From positions 149,518 through 213,517 of the forward strand of contig JADZGB010000010.1 of assembly GCA_020854105.1 (NCBI GenBank): 64,000 nucleotides of DNA, written 5' to 3'. The stretch comes from Burkholderiales bacterium (GTDB taxonomy: Bacteria > Pseudomonadota > Gammaproteobacteria > Burkholderiales > SHXO01). Positions 40,489-48,984 of the stretch are shown here, in pieces. Each line of letters starts with the position of its first letter. The stretch's first letter is position 1. The notes beneath the pieces are model-generated. The model searched no databases, was not told where the DNA came from, and saw nothing but the letters and a program-made list of their open reading frames with translations. The position numbers and the translations under genes are program-made.

Positions 40489-40946
40489 GTCGATCTCCTG
40501 CATGCGCGCAGGCAGGCGCGCGCGTGCGGCGCATGGCACGGTGCCGCGGGCGGCACCGGACTACGGACGCAGTCGTGACGTATGCGGGCGGACAGAGGCC
40601 CGCGCGAGACAGCCGAGAGAGCGCCGCTAGACCGGGGAGAGCGACTCGGGGACGAGACGGCTTGGGGAGTTTTCGCAGTTCATGCAATACCTCCTTACGC
40701 TTGCGAGAACTTCAACGATGGGCCGGCAGAATCTGCAGGATGCGCGTACCGGCCCGGCCGCGCACAGCAGGAAGATTAACGCCGCGCCGGGGGAACTGGC
40801 AAGCACGGTGTCCGACGGAACAGTGTCAAATGGAACGGCGCCCGAACTCACGGCTCCGTGCAGAGCGCGGCATCCGGCGGCGCGGCGCCCGAAGGTGCGT
40901 TGCCCGGCGGTGCAGCGCCCGACGATGCAGCGTCGGTGCAGCCGGG

Positions 40947-42605
40947 TCAGCTGAACAGAGGCATGGCCTTGACGAAGGTCATCCAGATGCCCCATGCCAG
41001 CGGTATGCCGACCACGGCCCAGGCAAGCAGCGCACCCCCGCTCAGGCCTCCCCTGGAGCCGATGACCGGCGATTCGGACAGGGTGGCCGCCTCGTGCGCG
41101 AGGCGCTTCTCCTCCATCAGCTCCTTGTCGGTCATCACCCACTTCTCGGCGACGGGCCGTACCAGAAGGTTGGCAACGAAGCCCACCAGCAGCATGCCGG
41201 CCAGGGTGAAGAAGATCGGGCCGTAGATCTGGTCGAACGGCACCTTCTCCTCCACGCGCACGTCGTGCATGTAGTTCACCACCACCGGGCCGACGATGCC
41301 GGCGGTGGACCAGGCCGTGAGCAGCCGGCCATGGATGGCCCCGACGAACTGCGTGCCGAACAGGTCGGCGAGGTAGGCCGGGACGGTGGAAAAGCTGCCG
41401 CCGTACATCGAGGCGATGATGCAGAACGATCCGACCAGCACCGCCAGGGATTTCCAGTCCGCGCCGTACGAGGCAAGCACGTACAGGGCGGCACCGAGCA
41501 CGAAGAACACGACATAGGTCCGCTTTCGTCCGAGCTTGTCGGAAGACGACGCCCAGACGAAGCGGCCGAAGATGTTGAACAGCGAGATCAGGCCGACGAA
41601 GCTGGCGGCGATGGCGGCGGTCGCATTGCGCAGGCCCTCGTCCGCGCGGATGTCGACCCAGTTCAGTTCGGGTCGATCGATCAGTACCCCGCCGAACGTT
41701 TCCTGAAGCATGGGCGCGGCCGCGCCGATGATGCCGATGCCGGCCGACACGTTCATGCACAGCGCGATCCACAGCAGCCAGAACTGCGGCGTCTTGTGCG
41801 CGTTCCTCAGGTGCACGTGCCCTCGGGCGATCATGCCGTTGGTCGCGGCCGGCGGCGCCCAGCCCTCGGGGCGCCAGCCGATGGGCGGCACCCGGTAGAG
41901 CAGCGCGCCGAAGGACATGAATGCTGCATAGATGAGCGCGAGCACCACGAAGGTCTGCCAGACCCCGGGATCTCCGGGGCTGGCGAACTGCTGCATCAGC
42001 AGCGTGGCGAAGGGCGAGCCGATCATCGCGCCGCCGCCGAAGCCCATGATGGCCATGCCGGTGGCCATGCCGCGCCGGTCCGGGAACCACTTGATGAGTG
42101 TGGAGACGGGCGAGATGTAGCCCAGGCCGAGCCCGATGCCGCCGATGATTCCCGAACCGAGCCACATCAGCCACAGCTGGTGGATGTAGACGCCATAGGC
42201 GGACAGGAGCAGACCGACGCACCAGCACAGCATCGATACCACCCCGACCTTGCGCGGACCGGCGCGTTCGAGCCAGGCACCCCAGAGCGCCGCGGCACCC
42301 CCGAGCACCACGAAGAACAGGGTGTACATCCAGCCAAGGTCGAACTGCGTCCAGTTGCAGTCCGTGGCGGTCAGGGCCCGCACCGTGCCTTCGAGCTTCT
42401 CGCCGAAGGTGGTGGCGCCGGCTGCACATGCGGCCAGGGGTTTGCCGTCCTCGCCCACCAGCGCACTTTGCAGCGGCTTCCAGAAGACCGAGAAACCGTA
42501 CGCCATCCCGATGCACAGATGGATGCCCAGCGCCGCGGGCGGCACCAGCCAGCGATTGAAACCGGGTCCGGCGACGATGCGCTCTTTGTCTAGGAAGCCA
42601 GCCAT
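40947..42605 (-). CDS. OFA-family (oxalate/formate antiporter-like) MFS transporter
   Basis: NRWLVPPAALGIHLCIGMAYGFSVF, ISPVSTLIKWFPDRRGMATGMAIMGFGGG, FGRFVWASSSDKLGRK and about 12 TM helices. Confidence 0.9.
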   Translation of the reverse strand: MAGFLDKERIVAGPGFNRWLVPPAALGIHLCIGMAYGFSVFWKPLQSALVGEDGKPLAACAAGATTFGEKLEGTVRALTATDCNWTQFDLGWMYTLFFVVLGGAAALWGAWLERAGPRKVGVVSMLCWCVGLLLSAYGVYIHQLWLMWLGSGIIGGIGLGLGYISPVSTLIKWFPDRRGMATGMAIMGFGGGAMIGSPFATLLMQQFASPGDPGVWQTFVVLALIYAAFMSFGALLYRVPPIGWRPEGWAPPAATNGMIARGHVHLRNAHKTPQFWLLWIALCMNVSAGIGIIGAAAPMLQETFGGVLIDRPELNWVDIRADEGLRNATAAIAASFVGLISLFNIFGRFVWASSSDKLGRKRTYVVFFVLGAALYVLASYGADWKSLAVLVGSFCIIASMYGGSFSTVPAYLADLFGTQFVGAIHGRLLTAWSTAGIVGPVVVNYMHDVRVEEKVPFDQIYGPIFFTLAGMLLVGFVANLLVRPVAEKWVMTDKELMEEKRLAHEAATLSESPVIGSRGGLSGGALLAWAVVGIPLAWGIWMTFVKAMPLFS

Positions 42606-42955
42606 GACCGTGCCATGTCCTTACTCGTGCAAGGGTGCGGGCCCGGAGAATACCACCGTGCTGGCGCTGCAAGAAGATTTGCCGTGCAACGGCGTGCAGT
42701 CTTGCATGCTGCGGCGCAAGAGGAGTTCAGCCGTGCGGCAGGAACCAGGGGCGCGTGTCGAGCCGGTCGATGCGCGCGGCATCGAGCGGCGGACCGGCTG
42801 CAGGCTGCGCAAGGCGCAGGCGCTCGAACACCCGCTCCGGCAGCGCCCTGGCGCGGCCCGGCGCGGCCCAGGCGAACACGGTGAGCAGAGCGGCGAGCAG
42901 CGGCTCGTCGCCGGATCCAGGCCGGCGGCGCGCGCCGCGTGCGGCAGCGCCGCAC

Positions 42956-43588
42956 TCATGCACCGGGGGCGCCGGCCGCTGCCGGCGCCGATTCGCGAAA
43001 CTGCGCCGGCCGCGCCGAGTCCAGCGTGAAGATGGCGAACGGGCGGCGGATGAGCGGCATGGCCACATTGCGCACGGAGATGCCGCGCGGCGTGATGCCC
43101 TTCTGGGCACCGCTGTGTTCGTGGCCGTGGATGGCCAGGTCCGCACCCGCGTTGTCGAGTGCGCCGGCAGCGCGCTCGGTGACGTACATGAACTCCTTCA
43201 TCTCGGGCTCGCCGAAGGCGTGCCCGCAGGCACCGGCGAAGCCGCCGCCGAATCCCTTGCAGCCGGCAATGCCCAGGGTGCGCCCGTCCAGTTCCAGCGT
43301 GGTGTGCTCGCCTTCGAGCACGGTCACGCCCACGTCCTGGAGCGCCGCACGCACCGCCTCCGGCGAGCCCGCGTGGTAGTCGTGGTTGCCGAGCACCGCC
43401 ACCACCGGCACCCGTACCGCGTCCAGCTCCTCGGCCAGTGCCCGGGCCTGCGCCGGCGTGCCGAGATTGGTCAGATCGCCGCACAGCAGGAACACGTCGG
43501 CGCACTCGTGCAGCGCACTCCAGTGCGGGCGCAGCGTGCCACGCGTGTCCTCGGCGAAGTGGATGTCGCCTACCGCTGCGATGCGCAT
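42956..43588 (-). CDS. Calcineurin-like metallophosphoesterase, possibly internally shortened
   Basis: MRIAAVGDIHF, LLCGDLTN, LGNHDY and IHGHEH motifs are present. I cannot find the histidine-containing motif normally located between GNHD and GHxH, and the protein is only 210 aa. Confidence 0.7.
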   Translation of the reverse strand: MRIAAVGDIHFAEDTRGTLRPHWSALHECADVFLLCGDLTNLGTPAQARALAEELDAVRVPVVAVLGNHDYHAGSPEAVRAALQDVGVTVLEGEHTTLELDGRTLGIAGCKGFGGGFAGACGHAFGEPEMKEFMYVTERAAGALDNAGADLAIHGHEHSGAQKGITPRGISVRNVAMPLIRRPFAIFTLDSARPAQFRESAPAAAGAPGA

Positions 43589-43753
43589 GGGGATCGTCGT
43601 AAAGGAAGCGGGAAGGCTTACGCTACTCGCGCAGATCCTCGGCCTCCGGTGCACCGCCGAGTTCGAGCACGGTCAGTTCGTTGCGCACGGGAACGGCGAT
43701 TGCGAATTCTGCCCATCGGAGACTGCTCCGACATCACGGCACGGAGGATCACC

Positions 43754-44242
43754 ATGGCCTTTCTTCCGATCGCGGGCCTGGCGCTGGGCGCGGCCGGCAT
43801 GTATCTGTTCGATCCCGGGCAGGGGCGGCGGCGCCGGGCCCTGGTGCGCGACCAGGCAGCGAGCCGCGCGCGTCACCTTCGCCGCGGTGCCGATGCCGCC
43901 CTGCGCGACCTGCGCAACCGGGCGCGCGGCGCGGGGCACGGCTGGCGTGCCATGCCTGCCGGCGACATCCCCGATCGGGTGCTGGTCGAGCGCGTGCGCA
44001 GCAAGCTGGGCCGCTGCAGTTCGCACCCGCGTGCGATCCGCGTGTCGGCCCATCGCGGCGCGATCGAGCTGTCCGGCCCGGTGCTGGCGCAGGAGTCCGA
44101 GGCGCTGCTGCGCATCGTGCGGCGCGTGCGCGGCGTGCGAGAGGTAGGCGACCGGCTGGAGCGCCACGAGAGTCCCGAGCACGTCTCGGCGCTGCAGGGC
44201 GGGAGCGCGCGCACAAGAACCGCAGCACGCTGCCGCGCCTGA
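43754..44242 (+). CDS. BON-domain protein with a YtxH-like N-terminus
   Basis: GGAGGA RBS. GMYLFDPGQGRRRRALVRDQ, then the BON pattern DRVLVERVRSKLG...IRVSAHRGAIELSGPVLAQESEALLRIVRRVRGVREVGDRLE. Confidence 0.7.
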   Translation: MAFLPIAGLALGAAGMYLFDPGQGRRRRALVRDQAASRARHLRRGADAALRDLRNRARGAGHGWRAMPAGDIPDRVLVERVRSKLGRCSSHPRAIRVSAHRGAIELSGPVLAQESEALLRIVRRVRGVREVGDRLERHESPEHVSALQGGSARTRTAARCRA

Positions 44243-44258
44243 TCGAGCGGCGCATCCA

Positions 44259-45164
44259 TCACTGAGCGGGCGCGGACACCCGGTGCGACTGCACGCGCTT
44301 GACCAGGGCCTGGAACGCCGGGCTGCGCAGCGACAGCAGCCGCGCCTGGCGCGCCTCCCAATAGGGTGAGGCCACCTCGTAGCCACCCTTCAGGCGGAAG
44401 CTGGCAGTGACCGGCGCCTGCGCGCAGTCGCCGCCGGCCACCACCGATCGCTGCATCGTCACCTGGTCGCCCGCGATGTCGATGGTGAGCACGTACTCGG
44501 CGCAGCGCGCCGAGCGGTCCTCGGCGACGATGCCGTGCGGGGTCCATTCGCGCACGGTCCAGTCCTGCGCGTGCAGCCCCAGGTCGCTCACCGAGCTGTG
44601 GAACCAGCCGGACTCGTCAGCCGACATCACCAGCTTGGCGGTGACCATGGAACAGAGGTTCGCGCTCCGATAGCAGCGGATGCTGCTGCTCTGGATCGGA
44701 TCGGCCTCGCGCACCTGCGCCGAATGCCAGCTGCCCTCGGCGCTGACCACCTCGCCCTTGTCCACGATGTAGGCAGGTCCGGGAATCACCGGCGTCTGCC
44801 AGAACTCGTTGGTGCGCTGCACCAAGTCCATGAACTGGCCGACCAGGATCTCCCCGGTGGGCCGTGCCCCGAGGTCGCGCTGGAACGCCTTGACTGCCCG
44901 GATCAGCCCGGCCGAGGGTTGCCCGGACGGCGCCTGGTACAGGTAGCGCAGATCGATCAGCGAATTCTCCAGCACGAAGCGGAACTCGCGCGCGCTCCAG
45001 CCGAATACCGCGAGCGCCTCGGTCGCCGGCAGCCTGAGCACCTGCTCCGGCTCCATCGCACCGAATTCCTCGACACTCACCGCGCCAGCCGCACCATGTT
45101 GCAGGCATGCACCCAGCCCGAAGGCGGCCAGCCAGATTCGCACCCATCCCGTTGCCATTCCCAT
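44259..45164 (-). CDS. Hypothetical secreted protein (possible peptidoglycan-binding-like segment)
   Basis: GAGGAGG RBS before ATG 45164. Signal-like MGMATGWVRIWLAAFGLGACLQHGAAGA. IRAVKAFQRDLGARPTGEI resembles a PG_binding_1 helix pair. Otherwise unrecognised. Confidence 0.5.
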   Translation of the reverse strand: MGMATGWVRIWLAAFGLGACLQHGAAGAVSVEEFGAMEPEQVLRLPATEALAVFGWSAREFRFVLENSLIDLRYLYQAPSGQPSAGLIRAVKAFQRDLGARPTGEILVGQFMDLVQRTNEFWQTPVIPGPAYIVDKGEVVSAEGSWHSAQVREADPIQSSSIRCYRSANLCSMVTAKLVMSADESGWFHSSVSDLGLHAQDWTVREWTPHGIVAEDRSARCAEYVLTIDIAGDQVTMQRSVVAGGDCAQAPVTASFRLKGGYEVASPYWEARQARLLSLRSPAFQALVKRVQSHRVSAPAQ

Positions 45165-45361
45165 TCCACTCCTCCTCGACACACGGCGTTGGCGCCGCTG
45201 CAGCCCGGGGCAGGCCATCCCGCCCTCGCATGCGCCGCAAGCGCCCCTGCACTCGGTCCCGTGCCCGGGGCATCAACTGGTGCGCACCCGGCATTTTGCT
45301 ATAGGATGCGTCCTCTGCCGGGCGGGACAACGCCCTACCGGGGTTCTCACCACTCCTGATC

Positions 45362-46402
45362 TTGCAAGTCGAAGCGCTCTCCCGCCGCAGCCGCCCGCTG
45401 TCCCTCGCCGCGCACCTCCTGCTCATCGCCGCCACGCTCGCGGGCAGCATCGGCGCGGTCGCGCAGGACGTGTTCGACCTGCAGCCCGAATATGTCTATG
45501 CCCGCCATCGCAAGGCGCGCATGGGCTACACCAAGCCCGAGGTGTTCGATCCGCTGAGCGACAGGCTGTCCCGCGCGGGCATGAAGGACTTCCCCCCCAC
45601 CGCCGTGCCGGAGGAACTGAAGACCGTCGACGCGATGACCCGCATCAAGGGCATGGGCCGCATCATGGCCTGCGCCGACGGCTGGTTTTGGCCGTTCTCG
45701 CGCACGGCGCGCAAGAACGAGCCCCCCGGCCTGGAGATCGAGCTGTTGCAGATCATCGCCAAGAAGCACGGCTGGGAAGTCGACATCTCGTGGGTGAACA
45801 TGGTCACGCGCTTCGGACCCGGCGGGCCGGGCGGCGCCTACAGCCGCTCGATCAACAAGGGCGTGTGCGACATCGTGCTGGGTCTGACCGTCTCCGGCGA
45901 CGACCATCACATGGAGCCGAACCAGCTCTCCTTCACCTCGCCGTTCATGTCCACCGGATTCGTGCTGGTCACGCAGGGCTCGGCCAAGGGGCTGCGCACC
46001 CTGGACGACGCCAAGACGCAGAACATCAAGGTGGGCGTTCCGGCCTACTCGCCGATGAGCGAGTACGCCGAGGAGAACGGCATTCCGCACTCGACCTTCT
46101 TCCAGAACTACCAGGTGATCGACGCGATGGTGCGCGGCGAGGTCGATGCCGCGATGATCTGGTCCGGCTCCATCTCGCAGGCCAAGCTGGAGCGCCCGGA
46201 GGCCGAGTTCGAGATGGCCAGGGGCTACGTGCCCGTGCCGGAGATGCGCTGGAACAGCGCCTGGGTGGTGAAGAACAAGGAAGCCGAACTGCTGCAGTTC
46301 ATCGACGAGTCGTTCGCGCAGATGCTCAAGAGCGGGGAGATCAAGCGCCTGTGCGAGCGTTACGGCATCCCGTTCTATCCGCCGGTACCCATGGACCCCT
46401 GA
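45362..46402 (+). CDS. Periplasmic substrate-binding protein, SBP family 3 / MxaJ-like
   Basis: Signal peptide (LLLIAATLAGSIGAVAQD). PGLEIELLQIIAKKHGWEV...CDIVLG...TSPFMSTGFVLV...IKVGV...DAAMIW follows the family-3 SBP layout. TTG start. Confidence 0.65.
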   Translation: MQVEALSRRSRPLSLAAHLLLIAATLAGSIGAVAQDVFDLQPEYVYARHRKARMGYTKPEVFDPLSDRLSRAGMKDFPPTAVPEELKTVDAMTRIKGMGRIMACADGWFWPFSRTARKNEPPGLEIELLQIIAKKHGWEVDISWVNMVTRFGPGGPGGAYSRSINKGVCDIVLGLTVSGDDHHMEPNQLSFTSPFMSTGFVLVTQGSAKGLRTLDDAKTQNIKVGVPAYSPMSEYAEENGIPHSTFFQNYQVIDAMVRGEVDAAMIWSGSISQAKLERPEAEFEMARGYVPVPEMRWNSAWVVKNKEAELLQFIDESFAQMLKSGEIKRLCERYGIPFYPPVPMDP

Positions 46403-46447
46403 CGTGACGCGTCACGCCAGGCACGATCAGAAAACAGGAGCGAGGCG

Positions 46448-47146
46448 ATGTTCGACCATATCGTTCAACTGAGTATCCAGTCCGGCGGGCTCATCCCGCT
46501 GATGGGCGTGCTGCTGCTCGTCACCATCGCGGTCATCGTCGAACGTCTGGTGTTCTACCGGCGCGCACTGCGCTCTGGCAGTGCCATGGAGCACGATCTG
46601 CAGCTGGTCGATTACCAGAACGTCGAGAAGCTGCAGCAACTCGCCGACCACTACGAGGGCTCACTGCAGCGCTCCATCATCTCCTCGGCGCTGGCCTCGC
46701 GCGGCCAGGACGCCGACACCATGGAACGCCACATCGACGAGGCGATCATGTGGCAGATGCCCAAGATCGACCGCAACGTGTGGGTCCTCGACAGCTCGGT
46801 CACCCTGGCCCCGCTGATGGGTCTGCTCGGCACCATCATCGGCATGGTGCACGCCTTCGACATCCTGGGCGAGGGCGGCGTGGCCGGCGCCGCCGCGCAG
46901 ATGGTCACCGGCGGCATCGCCGAGGCCCTGGTCGCGACCGGCGTGGGCCTGCTCATCGCCATCCTCGCCGTGGCCTTCCTGAACTACTTCAACAAGCGCG
47001 GGCGTCTGGCCCTGCACCAGATGGAGCAGTTGAAGGTGATGGTGATCAACCGCCTGCACGGCGGCGGATCCGCGCATCACGGCGTGCCGGTGCGAGAGGC
47101 CCACGCCGGCAAGGTGACCGACATCGGCGTCGCGCGGAGGGCGTGA
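46448..47146 (+). CDS. exbB: MotA/TolQ/ExbB proton-channel protein
   Basis: LAPLMGLLGTIIGMVHAF...GGIAEALVATGVGLLIAILAVAFLNYF, the ExbB/TolQ core. Confidence 0.85.
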   Translation: MFDHIVQLSIQSGGLIPLMGVLLLVTIAVIVERLVFYRRALRSGSAMEHDLQLVDYQNVEKLQQLADHYEGSLQRSIISSALASRGQDADTMERHIDEAIMWQMPKIDRNVWVLDSSVTLAPLMGLLGTIIGMVHAFDILGEGGVAGAAAQMVTGGIAEALVATGVGLLIAILAVAFLNYFNKRGRLALHQMEQLKVMVINRLHGGGSAHHGVPVREAHAGKVTDIGVARRA

Positions 47147-47583
47147 TGCGCAAGGGCCGCAGCAACTACTTCGAGACGGATCGCCCGCGCGTCGAGGTGA
47201 TCCCGATGATCGACATCATGATGTTCCTGCTGGTGTTCTTCGTGCTGATCACGCTCAAGATGATCGCCGGCACCGGCGTGGCGATGGAACTGCCCGGCTC
47301 GGCCACCACCCAGGAACTGAAGACCTCCACCATCACCATCGGCGTGACCAAGGACGGCGAGACCGTGGTGGACGGCACCGCACTGAGCGGCGAGCAGCTC
47401 AAGGCCCGGCTGGTCGAACTGAAGAAGGACAAGGCCATCGACGTGGTACTGGCCGGAGACAAGGATGCTTCGCTGCAGACCCTGCTCACGGCGATGGACG
47501 CGGTGCGCGGTGCCGGCATCACCTCGGTGGGCATCGCCGCGAAGGCCGAGAAACCTGCGACCCAAGCCGCCGCCAGGAAATGA
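47146..47583 (+). CDS. exbD: Biopolymer transport protein ExbD/TolR
   Basis: EVIPMIDIMMFLLVFFVLI TM helix, then VVLAGDKDASLQTLLTAMDAVRGAGI. The start overlaps the exbB stop. Confidence 0.85.
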   Translation: MRKGRSNYFETDRPRVEVIPMIDIMMFLLVFFVLITLKMIAGTGVAMELPGSATTQELKTSTITIGVTKDGETVVDGTALSGEQLKARLVELKKDKAIDVVLAGDKDASLQTLLTAMDAVRGAGITSVGIAAKAEKPATQAAARK

Positions 47584-48287
47584 CCGAGCAGACCAGGCGC
47601 GCGCGGGGCGCGCTGTGGGCACAGCCGGACGAGGACGAGGCGCGCGGCCTGCCGTTCTGGCAGGCGCTGCTCGTCGCCGCCCTGATCGAGCTGGGGCTTC
47701 CCTTTTTCGTGTTCGGCGTCGACTGGTCCTTCCTCGGCCTGACGCAGCCGCCGCCCACTCCGGTGATGAACGTGCGGCTGGATCCCCCGCCCGAAGTGCT
47801 GCCGCCCCCGCCCCCGCCGGAGAAGAAGAAGCCGGAACTCGAGAAGATCAAGCAGGTGGAGGTGGAGCTTCCGCCGCCGCTGCCGAACGCGCCCACGCCC
47901 AAGATCCTGGTCGCCAAGCCGGAACCGGAGCCGGAGAAGCCCGACCCCGAGAAGAAGAAGGAGGAGCCGCCCGAGCCCGAGCCCGAGGAGCCGCAGGAGG
48001 AAGAGGTGGAAGCGCCACCGATGCCCTCCGTGTTCCAGGAAGTCAAGCCGGTGCGCAAGGTCAAGCCGAAGTACCCGGAAGACGCGGTGGCGCAGCACAT
48101 CGAGGGCCAGGTGAAGGTGCGGCTCTCGGTGGACATCGACGGGCGCGTGACCAACGCCGTGATCATGCTGGCCGAGCCGCCCGGCGTGTTCGACGAATCC
48201 GTGCTGGAAGCGGTGCGCCAGTACAAGTTCAAGCGCGACGGCACAACCTACGAGGCCGATCAGCTGGTGGTGTTCAGGCTGGAGTGA
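47580..48287 (+). CDS. tonB: TonB-family energy transducer
   Basis: N-terminal anchor, a Pro/Glu/Lys-rich spacer (PPPPPPEKKKPELEK...KPEPEPEKPDPEKKKEEPPEPEPEEP) and the C-terminal TonB domain (KPKYPEDAVAQHIEGQVKVRLSVDIDGRV). Confidence 0.85.
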   Translation: MTEQTRRARGALWAQPDEDEARGLPFWQALLVAALIELGLPFFVFGVDWSFLGLTQPPPTPVMNVRLDPPPEVLPPPPPPEKKKPELEKIKQVEVELPPPLPNAPTPKILVAKPEPEPEKPDPEKKKEEPPEPEPEEPQEEEVEAPPMPSVFQEVKPVRKVKPKYPEDAVAQHIEGQVKVRLSVDIDGRVTNAVIMLAEPPGVFDESVLEAVRQYKFKRDGTTYEADQLVVFRLE

Positions 48288-48879
48288 GGAGGACGCCCCG
48301 GTCAAGGCCGGGGCGGCATGTCGGTATGGCTGGATTCCGGCTTCCGCCGGAATGACGGCACCCCCCTCGCCGCCCCGGCGAACGCCGGGGCCCAGCGAAA
48401 ACCAATAAGGCTTTTCGCGACCATCCGGATCCCGGCTTCCGCCGCAACGACGGGTTCTCGAAGTCCGGCGCGTTCTCGAGCTGCTCTTCGCTCACGTTGA
48501 GCATGAGACTGCGCTCGTTCTGTCCCAGCTGGAACATGCGCACCGGATAGGCGAACAGCTTGTCGCCCAAGCCCGCGAACCCGCCGAACGACAGGATCGC
48601 GTAGTGCACCCGGTTGTTGTTCACGTCGAGCACCACGTCGTTGATCTTGCCCAGGTCGTCGCCCTTGGCATTGCGCACGTCCATGCCGATCAGTTCGCTC
48701 ACGCGCAGGTCGCGCATGATCGCGTCGCGTCCCGCCTGTGTCTGCGCCTCGTTCCGGGCGCTGGGACGGTCCGGATCAGGCGTGGTGGTGGCGCTCTCGT
48801 TCTGCGCGAGCGTGGTCAGCGCGACGGACAGGCCGACTGCGGTACCGATCGCCCGGATGCTTCTGTTCAATGGTGTCAT
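48274..48879 (-). CDS. PRC-barrel domain protein (secreted); its last ~60 codons are encoded by the REP cluster
   Basis: GAGGA RBS and a signal-like N-terminus. SELIGMDVRNAKGDDLGKINDVVLDVNNNRVHYAILSFGG is the PRC-barrel pattern. The tail ...CRHSGGSRNPAIPTCRPGLDRG is a translation of the REP modules and overlaps the tonB stop. Confidence 0.6.
   Translation of the reverse strand: MTPLNRSIRAIGTAVGLSVALTTLAQNESATTTPDPDRPSARNEAQTQAGRDAIMRDLRVSELIGMDVRNAKGDDLGKINDVVLDVNNNRVHYAILSFGGFAGLGDKLFAYPVRMFQLGQNERSLMLNVSEEQLENAPDFENPSLRRKPGSGWSRKALLVFAGPRRSPGRRGGCRHSGGSRNPAIPTCRPGLDRGVLLTPA
48292..48454. repeat. Cluster of REP-type hairpin repeats (inverted copy of the 30038-30124 element plus extra modules)
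   Basis: GACGCCCCGGTCAAGGCCGGGGCGGC; CTGGATTCCGGCTTCCGCCGGAATGACGG; the perfect palindrome CCCCGGCGAACGCCGGGG; and a degenerate copy CCGGATCCCGGCTTCCGCCGCAACGACGGG. Confidence 0.65.
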
Positions 48880-48984
48880 GGTCTGGATCCTCGTTCGTCT
48901 CGATCAACATGACGGCGCCCCGTGCCGGTGCGCCGCCTCACAAGGCCAGATATCGGCAAGGGGCGGACCCGGGCACCAGGCCTC

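Noticed and set aside
42727-42960. 77-codon minus-strand ORF (GTG 42960) ending ...RIDRLDTRPWFLPHG, in the 350-bp spacer upstream of the OFA transporter.
   Set aside because: GC3 is coding-like and there is a hydrophobic LLAALLTVFAWAAPG segment. However, it has no RBS, its start overlaps the phosphoesterase stop in another frame, and I recognise no family. It is too weak to call and may be another gene remnant.
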